Shown here: one piece after another, positions 28,395-37,414 of the stretch
Position numbering within the stretch: the first letter of the stretch is position 1
How the letters are laid out: each line of letters starts with the position of its first letter
Origin: an uncultured Gaiellales bacterium
GTDB lineage: Bacteria; Actinomycetota; Thermoleophilia; RBG-16-64-13
Assembly: GCA_964592075.1 (NCBI GenBank)
Contig: CAZQDY010000003.1
Location: 43,252-107,251, forward strand
Reading direction: 5' to 3'
DNA length: 64,000 nucleotides
Made by a program: the position numbers and the translations under genes
The notes under the pieces: generated by a model
The model's input: only the letters and a program-made list of their open reading frames with translations
Database searches by the model: none
Told to the model about the DNA's origin: nothing

Positions 28395-30182
28395 GTGACC
28401 ACTGGACAGGTTGTCGTCTTCTGCGTGCTGGGGGCAACGCTCTGCCTCTTCGTCTGGAACCGGTGGCGCTACGACCTGGTGGCGCTCTCTGCGCTCCTGA
28501 TCCTGGCCATCGCCGGATACGTGCCGGCAGACCAGGTCTTCACGGGACTGGGGCATCCCGCGGTCGTCACGGTGGCCGCCGTCCTGGTCATCAGCCGAGC
28601 GCTGTCGAACGCGGGCGTGGTCGACGCGGTGGCCAGGTTGTTGGCGCGGGTCGGCGATCGGCCCTGGACACAAATCGCCACTCTCACAGGGCTCGTCGCC
28701 CTCTGCTCGGCGTTCATGAACAATGTCGGAGCGCTCGCGCTGCTCATGCCGGTGGCGATATCGATGGCTCGTCGGTCAGGGCACTCTCCCTCGCTGCTCT
28801 TGATGCCGCTGGCGTTCGGCTCGCTTCTCGGGGGGATGCTGACCATGATCGGCACGCCCCCCAATATCATCATCGCGGAGTACCGGGCGCACGCCTCGGA
28901 AGCTCCATTCGGCATGTTCGACTTCACGCCGGTGGGGATCGGGGTGGTGGTGGCGGGAGTCCTCTTCATCGCGCTCCTCGGATGGCGGCTTATGCCCAAG
29001 CGGCAACGTGCGACCGTTTCCGAAGACCCCTTCGAGATTGAGGACTACATGGCGGAGGTGCGGGTGCCAAAGGGATCCGAGTTCTCCAGAAAGACGATCC
29101 ATAGCCTTGTCGCCGCGGTCGAAGGCGAGGCCGACATCGTGGTGATCGCTCTGGAGCGCGCCGGAAAGCGGGTGGAGATGCCTTCCCCCTTCGAAGTCCT
29201 CCAGGACGACGACCAGCTCATGATCGAGGCTGAAACGGACAGTCTGGGCATTCTGGTCGACATTACCGACCTGGAGATAGCTCGAGGGGCCGAGCAAGAC
29301 AACAACGGCAGCCGACGGAGGAGGGGCGAGCTCACGCTTGCCGAAGTGGTCGTGGCCCCGGGGTCGCTTCTCGTTGGCTCGACGCCCGGTCGCATGCAAC
29401 TGCGTGAGCGCTACGGGCTCAACGTGCTCGCCGTCGCCCGGCGGGGGGAACGGCTGCGACAGGGACTGGGCGGGACCCGCTTCATCGCCGGAGACGTCCT
29501 GCTGGTGCAGGGAGACGAAGAGCAACTCCAGTCGAGCCTCAAGACTCTCGGCTGCCTTCCCTTGGCCTCGCGTGGTCTGCGCATCGGGAGGCCGCGCAGG
29601 ATCCTCCTCGCCGGTGGCTTCTTCGCGGTCGCGTTGGTGACGGTCGCGCTCGGTGTCGTCCCCGCTGCCGTAGGGCTCATGGTCGCCGCGGTGGCCTTGG
29701 TGCTGGCCGGACTCGTGCCACTCCGTGATGTCTACACCAGCATCGACTGGCCCATCATCATCCTTCTGGCGGCCATGATGCCCATCGGTCAAGCGATGGA
29801 GAACACCGGCGGGTCGCAGCTGATTGCCGATGGACTACTCAGACTCGGCGAGAACGTCCCTGCGGTAGTGACCATCGCCGTCTTGATGGTCGCCGTGATG
29901 CTCCTCTCGAACGTCGTGAACAACGCGGCGGCCGCGGTGCTGGCTGCACCTGTCGCGCTTGCCCTTGCGCAGGGCATGGGAGCCTCACCTGAACCGTTGC
30001 TGATGGCCGTGGCCATCGGAGCCTCGAGCGCGTTCCTCACTCCCATCGGGCACCAATCCAACATGCTGGTAATGGCCCCGGGGGGCTACGGCTTCGGGGA
30101 CTACTGGCGGATGGGGCTTCCTCTCAGCTTGGTGGTGCTGGCCACCGCTCTCCCTCTCATCATGCTCATCTGGCCCCTCTGA
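28395..30182 (+). CDS. SLC13/DASS-superfamily anion transporter with two central TrkA-C domains
   Basis: Polytopic N- and C-terminal permease halves (FMNNVGALALLMP / SNVVNNAAAAVLAAP repeats) around two TrkA-C-like cytoplasmic domains (VRVPKGSEFSRKTIHSL...; LAEVVVAPGSLLVGSTPGRMQLRERYGLNVLAVARRGE). Confidence 0.8.
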   Translation: MTTGQVVVFCVLGATLCLFVWNRWRYDLVALSALLILAIAGYVPADQVFTGLGHPAVVTVAAVLVISRALSNAGVVDAVARLLARVGDRPWTQIATLTGLVALCSAFMNNVGALALLMPVAISMARRSGHSPSLLLMPLAFGSLLGGMLTMIGTPPNIIIAEYRAHASEAPFGMFDFTPVGIGVVVAGVLFIALLGWRLMPKRQRATVSEDPFEIEDYMAEVRVPKGSEFSRKTIHSLVAAVEGEADIVVIALERAGKRVEMPSPFEVLQDDDQLMIEAETDSLGILVDITDLEIARGAEQDNNGSRRRRGELTLAEVVVAPGSLLVGSTPGRMQLRERYGLNVLAVARRGERLRQGLGGTRFIAGDVLLVQGDEEQLQSSLKTLGCLPLASRGLRIGRPRRILLAGGFFAVALVTVALGVVPAAVGLMVAAVALVLAGLVPLRDVYTSIDWPIIILLAAMMPIGQAMENTGGSQLIADGLLRLGENVPAVVTIAVLMVAVMLLSNVVNNAAAAVLAAPVALALAQGMGASPEPLLMAVAIGASSAFLTPIGHQSNMLVMAPGGYGFGDYWRMGLPLSLVVLATALPLIMLIWPL

Positions 30183-30310
30183 GGCAGCGCTCCGCGGTAG
30201 ATAGCTTCCGCCTGCACCACGAATCGCACTACGCAGTCTTGACTATTATGAGGTTAATAGTATGATGAAGTCATTAGTTGGTCGGAATCATCGGTTGAAC
30301 GCCTAGGGGG

Positions 30311-30592
30311 AAGAGATGCACAAGGGAAGCCGATCATCGCCGCCATGCCGAGATCGAGAACGTCATCCGCGATCTGAAATACGGGGTGGGACTTAACCAT
30401 CTGCCCTCAGGCAAGTTCGGGGCGAACGCCGCCTGGCTGGCCCTGCAGGTCATGGCCCACAACCTGGGGCGCTGGGTCGGACAGTTGGCCGAGACTCCCC
30501 GGCTGACCACCAAGACACTGCGCACGCGCTTCCTGTCGCTTCCCGGGCGCATCACCCGGCGGGCCCGGCGCTCGCGCCTGGCTCTGGCAGGA
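30311..30592 (+). pseudogene. 3' fragment of a DDE transposase gene (IS1380-family-like C-terminus); upstream part missing
   Basis: The translation ...HAEIENVIRDLKYGVGLNHLPSGKFGANAAWLALQVMAHNLGRWVGQLAE...TKTLRTRFLSLPGRITRRARRSRLAL matches the conserved C-terminal block of IS1380-type transposases. It begins abruptly after an AT-rich junction (30230-30300), and no catalytic N-terminal part is present. Confidence 0.55.
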
Positions 30593-31197
30593 TGCCTTCC
30601 TTCGTGCCCTCTTTCGCATCCGGGCGCTGCCGCCGCCTCCCGCCTGACCGGCAGGGATCCTCAGACACCACGGGGCGGCTTCAAGGAGGGCGTCAGCCTG
30701 CCCGCATGTGGCTACCCAGGCAGCCACATCTCACCCGAAAATGCTTCTGTCCTTGCCCCGACCTCGGGTGTCGGCCTCCATTCACACCTCATTGGGCTTC
30801 TCGGGCCCAGCAACCACCTTCTCGGCCGTCATAGCGGCGAGGTCGGTGGATTCCGGCTAAGGGTCAAAGCGAAGCGAGACATCTTCCGCGTGGTGAGCGA
30901 CCGCGTCAGCGATTCCGGCCCAGATTTCGACCGGCGTTGCCAAAGGCACAATCTGTGGGCTGCCGGACATATAGACCATAGAGGAAGAAGGGACTGCCTT
31001 CCGCTCCACAGCGGACCTCTAGGAACACCAGCTGGAGCTCCGCGTCTCTTGGAGGCACATCGCCCCAGACGCACAGGCAAGAAGGGGGGAACCATTGTCA
31101 CGGCAAATGAAGGGATCACTATTGGTCAGGATGGCCTCTTGGGCTCTTCGAAGAGCAGCTCTCAGAGTGGGGACTGGAGCACAAGGCGAGATGCTCG

Positions 31198-31575
31198 TTA
31201 TCCTGAGACGCCACCTGGATCTCTGGCTTTGCGCTCCGAAAGAGCCCTAGCCTCGGTCATAACGAGGTCATACGTCAGTTCCACTAACTCAGGGTGGGTT
31301 CTCAGCGCCTGGCGGATGCGCCACTCTCGATACTCGAGGAAGTACTCCGGCGTTACGTCTAGGACCGCGGACATGGCCTCGATGGCTTCAGGCCGGAGCG
31401 TGCGCTCTCCCATGACCATCTTCCGCAGATTCTCGTACTGCCACCCATCCACCCGCGAGAAGAAGGCCCGCAGACTGATGCGACTCAGAGGTCCGCCCTC
31501 AGGACGCTCTCGCAGCAGATCCCCCAACGCCTCCGCGAAAGGCTTGCAGGTGTATTTCTCGCGCGGCGCGGCCAT
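31198..31575 (-). CDS. Hypothetical protein with XRE-like helix-turn-helix
   Basis: ISLRAFFSRVDGWQYENLRKMVMGERTLRPEAIEAMSAVLDVTPEYFLEY resembles an HTH_XRE DNA-binding domain. It sits in the lower-GC patch next to the transposase remnant. Confidence 0.4.
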   Translation of the reverse strand: MAAPREKYTCKPFAEALGDLLRERPEGGPLSRISLRAFFSRVDGWQYENLRKMVMGERTLRPEAIEAMSAVLDVTPEYFLEYREWRIRQALRTHPELVELTYDLVMTEARALSERKARDPGGVSG

Positions 31576-31721
31576 ACTCGTACTATACCGAATTCTGAAT
31601 CGCCCAGTGTCCCGCGTCGGCTCATCTAGTCAGCTGCCGCGACTGGATCTCCCGGGCCGCGCGCCGGAAGGCTCCAAACCTGGGACCTTCAACAGTTCCG
31701 GGCGGCTCTGGCAACCTGCAT

Positions 31722-32870
31722 GTGCTAGTCTGGAACCCAATGCTGGGTTGGATTGCTGATTTCCTCAGATCTCTCGGCATTGCCGAACCGAGCGGTATTG
31801 GCTGGCTCTCTATTGTGTTCGTCTTTGTCCTGGCCGCCCTTTGCTCATCCTTCGCCATTCCCCACGTCCGGTCGTTCGGCATGAGGACCGGATGCACCGA
31901 TGCCCCCGAGTCGCGCCGGTTGAATCGCGAGCCAGTCCCCAATGTTGGAGGACTGGCGATCTTCGCGGCTGTGTTGACAGCGCTCGTCCTCGCCACGCTT
32001 CTGCGGAGCAACATCATTGACGAGGTCAAAGTGTATCTTCTGGCCATCCTTTCCGGGGGAGGGCTTTTGGTGCTGGTGGGGTTCATTGATGACCAATACG
32101 GGCTATCCGCTCTCCTCCGGCTGGCGGTCCAGCTCTTGGCAGCGTCGCTTCTTGTGGCCGTTGGGATACGGGTGAGAGTGACATTTGGAGGGAGCCTGGC
32201 TGATGTCTACTCTGGCATCTTCACCGTGCTATGGGTGATGGCTATTACCAACGCGCTCAATCTGATCGACGGGGTGGACGGACTCGCGGGCGGAGTGGGC
32301 CTCATCACCGCCCTCTGCCTCGTGGCCGTGTCGGCGCAGGACCCGGCCAGAGCCGCAGCGTCGCTGGTACTTGCTGGCCTTGCAGGAGCTGCGTTCGGAT
32401 TCCTACGCCACAACCTACGCCCCGGATTCATTATCATGGGCGACAGCGGTGCCTACTTCTTTGGATACACTCTGGGGGCATCTAGTATCCTCGGCACGCT
32501 AAGCGCCACCGACGGAACAGCATCAAGCGCGGGCAACACCGAGTCCCTCCTTGAGCTCGTTCCCATGATGCTCTTCCTCCTTATCCCAGTCATCGATACG
32601 AGCCAGGTAATCGCTCATCGACTGCGTCACCGCCGGAATCCCCTCTCCAGCCCCGGCCGCGACCACTTGCATCATCGGCTGATTGCGCTCGGTCTGTCCC
32701 AGCGTGCCACCACGTTCCTTCTCTGGGGTGCAACGCTGATTGCCAACCTGGGAGCCATGCGTGCAATGCGGATGCCCTGGGTGGTCATCTTGGTGACAGC
32801 CCTAGGAGTGATCCTGCTGCTTGTGCTGGCTTCTTTGTCGCGCACTCGGTCCGGTAATAGAATGCAGTGA
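31722..32870 (+). CDS. Glycosyltransferase family 4, WecA/TagO/MraY-like polyprenyl-phosphate HexNAc-1-phosphate transferase
   Basis: Ten or more TM helices and the conserved motifs VGFIDDQYGLSA and NALNLIDGVDGLAGG. Confidence 0.75.
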   Translation: MLVWNPMLGWIADFLRSLGIAEPSGIGWLSIVFVFVLAALCSSFAIPHVRSFGMRTGCTDAPESRRLNREPVPNVGGLAIFAAVLTALVLATLLRSNIIDEVKVYLLAILSGGGLLVLVGFIDDQYGLSALLRLAVQLLAASLLVAVGIRVRVTFGGSLADVYSGIFTVLWVMAITNALNLIDGVDGLAGGVGLITALCLVAVSAQDPARAAASLVLAGLAGAAFGFLRHNLRPGFIIMGDSGAYFFGYTLGASSILGTLSATDGTASSAGNTESLLELVPMMLFLLIPVIDTSQVIAHRLRHRRNPLSSPGRDHLHHRLIALGLSQRATTFLLWGATLIANLGAMRAMRMPWVVILVTALGVILLLVLASLSRTRSGNRMQ

Positions 32871-32962
32871 CCACTCGGTTCACGACCTGAGCGACTGCCC
32901 CTCACCTGCCCCTGGACAGCCGGTGGAACCACAGTCTCTCTCGGGACTGCCTGGAGCCATTC

Positions 32963-32993
32963 AGAACAGATGAACCCCCGCCCCAGAGTGCGA
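32963..32993. terminator. Perfect 11-bp-stem hairpin between convergent genes (putative bidirectional terminator)
   Basis: aacccccgccc-cagagtgcga-gggcgggggtt, followed by ttgtggtagtaa (partial T-tract) on the plus strand. Confidence 0.45.
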
Positions 32994-33025
32994 GGGCGGG
33001 GGTTGTGGTAGTAACGGCGCTTGTC

Positions 33026-33613
33026 CTACGGGATCAGCAGTTGGTGCGCACACACTGCCCACTGGGCCAGGCGTCCGAGGTCCTCGCGATACCGCTTGGA
33101 GACGACTACGCACCCGTACTGGTCACCCGCATTAGGCCAGACCCCGTTGTCACAATCCCCGAACCTGGCATACACCAACTCAGCAAACTGCCTAGCGGCC
33201 GCAACCGCCCCGTCCAGGCCGCCGGGCGGTGGAGCAAGGAAGAACAGCACTACCAGATCGCCGTTGGCGAATCCGTAGCCTTGGGCGTCGGTTACCACGA
33301 ATGGCATCGCGGCGTCGAAGAGCCAGGCCAGTTCGTCTTTCGGCAGCACCGAGTACGGCAAGGTGCCCGCGAGATCCTCGTGGTTGACGAGGCGTTCGAA
33401 TCTGTCGGTCACCATGTCGAACGTTATCTGGCCGGGCGCCAAGGTGGTGGTCGTGCTCGGAGACGCGCTTGCAGTCGTCGAGATCTGGGTCGACGCAGTG
33501 GAGGCCGAGACAAGGGTCGTAGTCGCGATCCCTGCGCAGGCGGCCGGCCCGCCGAGCGCGAGAACCGCCACAACCCCCACCACCAGAAAGAGCTGTCTCA
33601 CCTCTTGGCTCAT
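33026..33613 (-). CDS. Secreted/lipoprotein of unknown function
   Basis: Signal peptide (FLVVGVVAVLALGGPAAC), then a Ser/Thr-rich linker and a globular region. Immediately downstream of the PG-binding gene. Confidence 0.45.
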   Translation of the reverse strand: MSQEVRQLFLVVGVVAVLALGGPAACAGIATTTLVSASTASTQISTTASASPSTTTTLAPGQITFDMVTDRFERLVNHEDLAGTLPYSVLPKDELAWLFDAAMPFVVTDAQGYGFANGDLVVLFFLAPPPGGLDGAVAAARQFAELVYARFGDCDNGVWPNAGDQYGCVVVSKRYREDLGRLAQWAVCAHQLLIP

Positions 33614-33625
33614 CTCCTCACTCGA

Positions 33626-33868
33626 TCACCAGTGGTACGCCATTGCGTGCAAGGTTGCCGAGCCTGCGATGCCGTCGGCGTACAGCCCATGATCACTCTG
33701 ATACTGCCAAACGGCATTGTAGGTTCCCGAGCCGAATATCCCATCGACATCGCCCCAGTCATCAAGGTAGCCTCGCTCGACCAATCTGAACTGCAGTTGC
33801 GCGACGTCGTCTCCCTTCTTACCCTGGTTCAAGACCCTCCAGTTGGCGGTGCGATCGTCGTAGCGCAT
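33626..33868 (-). CDS. Peptidoglycan-binding (PG_binding_1) domain protein
   Basis: GDDVAQLQFRLVERGYLDDWGDVDGIFGSGTYNAVWQYQSDHGLYADGIAGSATLHAM matches the PG_binding_1 three-helix domain. Start at MRYDD. Confidence 0.55.
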   Translation of the reverse strand: MRYDDRTANWRVLNQGKKGDDVAQLQFRLVERGYLDDWGDVDGIFGSGTYNAVWQYQSDHGLYADGIAGSATLHAMAYHW

Positions 33869-34154
33869 GATATGGGAGAGATTGAGCGTCCGCACCTCGG
33901 GCTCGTCCGACGTGTTCCTCTCCGGTTCGGCGGACACCTTCTACTTCTCCAGCGGAGGCTCGGCCAATCTGCAGGCCCTCGATCTTCGGACCCGTGTGGC
34001 GACCATCACTTGCAGCGGGTCCTCAGACGTGGACATCAACGTGAGCGAGGAGCTGAACGTCGACGTGTCAGGCAGTTCGGACGTCAGGTACGAGGGCAAC
34101 CCTCGTCTGACGAGCGACATCTCGGGCTCGGGCGATGTCAAGAGGGTGGAGTAG
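33867..34154 (+). CDS. DUF2807-like (GIN-domain adhesin-head) C-terminal fragment, possibly truncated gene
   Basis: Repeated GSSDV/GSGDV beta-strand units (SGSSDVFLSGSAD...CSGSSDVDINVSEELNVDVSGSSDVRYEGNPRLTSDISGSGDVKRVE) typical of DUF2807. Only about 95 aa with an in-frame stop just upstream, and it overlaps the divergent PG-binding gene start. Confidence 0.3.
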   Translation: MIWERLSVRTSGSSDVFLSGSADTFYFSSGGSANLQALDLRTRVATITCSGSSDVDINVSEELNVDVSGSSDVRYEGNPRLTSDISGSGDVKRVE

Positions 34155-34197
34155 CGTAGCAGCCGGCGCGGGTATCCCGCCCTCGCGTCTTACGCGC

Positions 34198-34644
34198 TCA
34201 GGGATCGAGCGGGGGGACCACCACCACCGGGCACGAGGCGTGGTCCACCAGATGCCGGCTCACCGAGCCCATCAGAAGCGAGGCCAGCCCACCCTGCCCC
34301 CGCCTGCCGACAACGAGCAGAAGAGCGCCCCTCGCCTCGTCCAGAAGCACATCCTGAGGACGCCCATAGAGGACCACGCCCTCGCACCGGAGTCGCGGGT
34401 GAAGCTCCTTGGCGCGCGAAACGGCGTCCTTCACGATAGCCTCACCTACTCGCTGGACGTTGTCGGACACCTCGGGGACGGGTCCGGCAGGCCCCTGCGA
34501 CTGCTCTGACAACTCCCTGACCGCCACCACCCTTAGCTCTGCACCACGAACGGCCGCCTCTTCGGCGGCGAATTCAAGCGCCACTCCGGCGGATTCCGAT
34601 CCGTCCACTCCCACCACGACGGTTCCCACTGTACCTCCCTTCAC
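34198..34644 (-). CDS. Universal stress protein (UspA family)
   Basis: VVVGVDGSESAGVALEFAAEEAAVRGAELRVVAV...GSVSRHLVDHASCPVVVV. Confidence 0.8.
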   Translation of the reverse strand: MKGGTVGTVVVGVDGSESAGVALEFAAEEAAVRGAELRVVAVRELSEQSQGPAGPVPEVSDNVQRVGEAIVKDAVSRAKELHPRLRCEGVVLYGRPQDVLLDEARGALLLVVGRRGQGGLASLLMGSVSRHLVDHASCPVVVVPPLDP

Positions 34645-34701
34645 CAGATCATCTACGACATCCGGATTCTCTCAACGGGACGATGCCCCGGCCATTCTGC
34701 A

Positions 34702-35973
34702 TCAGGAGGATGCGCTCTCCTCGACCGCGGTCACCTGGCCGCCCGCCCGCGCCGCCGCCCTGGCTTCATCCAGAGCCACGCGGGCCGCGCTGCGCTGCTT
34801 CACCGGGTCCAGGCGCCGCGTGATCCCGACCAGGATGAGCGCCGCCAGGCAAGCGATGAAGAACGGGATCTGGTATCCGACGAAGATCAGTATGACACCC
34901 GCCACCACCGGCACGACAACAGCCGTGGCGTGAAGGATGGTGATACCCATCGAGAGGGTGGGCGAGATATCCTCGGGCACCGCGATCTTGCGAAGATACG
35001 TGGATGCTCCGATGGTGGAGAACGGCACGATGAAGGAGTAGATCACGTAGAAGACACAGGCCAGGTAGACGCTGTTCGCGAGGGCGTAGCCGCCCAGAGC
35101 GATCACGTAGCCGATGTTGATGGCCTGGAGAACACGTCTCTCGCCCAGACGGTCGATCAGGCGTCCTACATATGCCGACGACACCATGCCTATGAAGGTG
35201 ATCGCAAGCAGGAGGATCGAGATGTCCTCGACTTCCAGCTTGAACCGGTGGACGAGCACCCAGAGGCCGAACGAGAAGAAGATCTGCTGGCGAACACCGT
35301 CCAGCAGGTTGAGCCAGTAGTAGTAGCGATAGTCCTTGCGCCACACGAACGGCTCCCTCCGCGGCTCCACCTTTCGCGGCTCCCCGTCTTCCATGTGAGG
35401 GAAGCGGAAGATGGCGATGGCGCCGACGACGGCGACGACCCCCATCACCACGAAGGTCATTTCGTACGAGAGCAGGTCATAGTGGAAGATGAGGAAGACG
35501 ACCACCAGAGCAGCCAGCGTGCCCGCCTGCATGAAGGCACCCAGGCGACCGAGCACATGGCCGCTCCGCTCCTGCGTGGTCAGGCTCATGCCCATCGAGT
35601 ACTGGGTCTGCAGGATGGTGTGCATACCGAAGCTGCTGATAAGGATCCAGGGGATTATGGACACGAACCCGGTGGCGACGCCGAACAGTCCGAACCCGAG
35701 GCCCATGATGAGCATGGCGCCCGCGCTCAGCCGCGGTATCGACACGCGATAGAGAAGCGCCATCAGCAGGATGAGGGTGAGGCCGCCGAACTCGCGGATG
35801 GCCGTCATGTAGCCGAACTGAGAGCCGCTGAAGCCCAGAAGGTCGGTGAAGAAGTTGGTGATGACGTTGTTGTTCGCGCTGTAGGCGAAGCCGTAGCAGA
35901 GCTGCATCGTGGCGAGCATGATGAACCCGCGCCCCGCCGGGCTCTTCCACGATGCGCGTAGGCGATCGATCAT
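34702..35973 (-). CDS. MFS transporter
   Basis: 12-TM topology, with a GRLIDRLGERR-type motif between TM8 and TM9. Confidence 0.75.
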   Translation of the reverse strand: MIDRLRASWKSPAGRGFIMLATMQLCYGFAYSANNNVITNFFTDLLGFSGSQFGYMTAIREFGGLTLILLMALLYRVSIPRLSAGAMLIMGLGFGLFGVATGFVSIIPWILISSFGMHTILQTQYSMGMSLTTQERSGHVLGRLGAFMQAGTLAALVVVFLIFHYDLLSYEMTFVVMGVVAVVGAIAIFRFPHMEDGEPRKVEPRREPFVWRKDYRYYYWLNLLDGVRQQIFFSFGLWVLVHRFKLEVEDISILLLAITFIGMVSSAYVGRLIDRLGERRVLQAINIGYVIALGGYALANSVYLACVFYVIYSFIVPFSTIGASTYLRKIAVPEDISPTLSMGITILHATAVVVPVVAGVILIFVGYQIPFFIACLAALILVGITRRLDPVKQRSAARVALDEARAAARAGGQVTAVEESASS

Positions 35974-36048
35974 AGGGCGGGCGGAACCGCCGCCATCGGA
36001 GAAGTCGCGAGCGTGCTGTCTTCCATCATGGACCCGGAGCGATGTCCA

Positions 36049-36582
36049 TCAACGCTCTTCTGGCCACCGCCGGTCGCCCACTCGAGAGGCGATATATTCC
36101 GGCACGGTCTCTCTCGAGATGCCGAGAGCCACCGACAGCTCGTCGAAGAGCAGATCCTCGGCCTGTTTCATGAACTTCTGATCGATCGCTCCGAACTTGC
36201 TCTTCTGCTCGCCCACATGTTGCTTCTTCGCGTAGAGCGACATGGTCAGCTCGATAAGGTCGGCGCAGTCGTGCGTCGCCACAAACGACTTGTAGTGCTC
36301 CGCCAGTTCCTGGACCCTCGAGCTGTGGTAGGCCCGAGCCTCGATCGAGGGGATCTGGTCCACGAGGCGCTCCGCCTCTTTCTTGGAGATGACAGGCCGA
36401 GTGAACACCTTCTTGTTCGTCACGGGCGTCGAGATAGTGTAGCTCTGGGAGAGCGGCTCCAGAACATAGCAAAGTCGATCGCCGCCGATCCACGAGGAAT
36501 CGACCGTCTTGATCGCCACTACGCGGCATACGCCGGTGTTCCCGTAGACTATCCAGTCTCCAACCTGATACATCCCATACAT
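36049..36582 (-). CDS. CarD/CdnL/TRCF-domain transcriptional regulator-like protein
   Basis: N-terminal MYQVGDWIVYGNTGVCRVVAIKT is the CarD_CdnL_TRCF RNAP-interacting domain pattern. Confidence 0.6.
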   Translation of the reverse strand: MYGMYQVGDWIVYGNTGVCRVVAIKTVDSSWIGGDRLCYVLEPLSQSYTISTPVTNKKVFTRPVISKKEAERLVDQIPSIEARAYHSSRVQELAEHYKSFVATHDCADLIELTMSLYAKKQHVGEQKSKFGAIDQKFMKQAEDLLFDELSVALGISRETVPEYIASRVGDRRWPEER

Positions 36583-36676
36583 CCTTCCAGCGTTTCCAGG
36601 CGAGAGCTGATGGCGCACGAACGGGGGTGCTTGCTCGGCGACAGACACGGCGTCGCCAGAAACCTGCGGCATGAGC

Positions 36677-37414
36677 CTACTCGTCTTGCATCGTGCATAT
36701 TATGTCACGTCTGGCCGCCTCCACGCACCCGAAGTCGAGCGCATAAGGCCTGAACCCGACGGACTCCGCGGTCCGAAGGGACGCGAGGCCGTCACGGTCG
36801 CATCCCCAACCGGCGAGCCGCCCGTTGGCAAAGATGTGCTCCAAAGCAGCCGACACCGCGCTCCGCGCGTAGCCGCTGCCACGGTGGCCGGGGAGCGTCT
36901 CGATCGACAGGTCCCACACGACGTCGGATAGCGGCTTGATGGCGGCCCAGCTGACCACCCGGCCGTCGACCAGCCGCCCAAAGACCTTCCCTCCCCATCT
37001 GCGTTGGAGAAGAAGCGCCCGTTCGTCTTCGTGGGGCAAGATCTCCCGGACACCCGCGGCCGCGCAGGCGCGGAACGAGTCGGAGTCGCAGAATAGCCTG
37101 ACCCCGCGAAACCAGAACCCGACGTCGACCTGCTGTGAAACGGCGCTTTCGATCGCCTCGCAGGCCGGCTCGTCCAGTACCACCGCCCCGCGGACCGCCT
37201 CTTTCACCACCGTCCCGAGGCCGGCCCTGACGGCGATCGCTGCGCCGCCGGGTTTGGCCAGCGCGTACAAGGCCAGCGGGCTGCCCTTGGCGAACCTGAT
37301 CGAGCCCACGTCGCTCTCGACGACGGTCGGCCCATGCGCGTTCAGGTCGTTCGGAGAGCAGCCGAGCGATCCGGCGTAGAAGGAGTCGAGAAGGTCGACG
37401 GACGACCCGCTCAT
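36677..37414 (-). CDS. GNAT-family N-acetyltransferase
   Basis: The C-terminal half carries the acetyl-CoA-binding pattern ETLPGHRGSGYARSAVSAALEHIFANGRLAGW. Its start overlaps the MMPL stop (ATGA). Confidence 0.6.
   Translation of the reverse strand: MSGSSVDLLDSFYAGSLGCSPNDLNAHGPTVVESDVGSIRFAKGSPLALYALAKPGGAAIAVRAGLGTVVKEAVRGAVVLDEPACEAIESAVSQQVDVGFWFRGVRLFCDSDSFRACAAAGVREILPHEDERALLLQRRWGGKVFGRLVDGRVVSWAAIKPLSDVVWDLSIETLPGHRGSGYARSAVSAALEHIFANGRLAGWGCDRDGLASLRTAESVGFRPYALDFGCVEAARRDIICTMQDE

Noticed and set aside
30386-31759. 457-aa stop-free ORF running from the transposase remnant through the HTH gene region into the WecA start
   Set aside because: Only the first ~70 residues have transposase homology. 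The remainder is non-coding-like and overlaps the opposite-strand HTH gene and the WecA promoter region, an open frame by chance.
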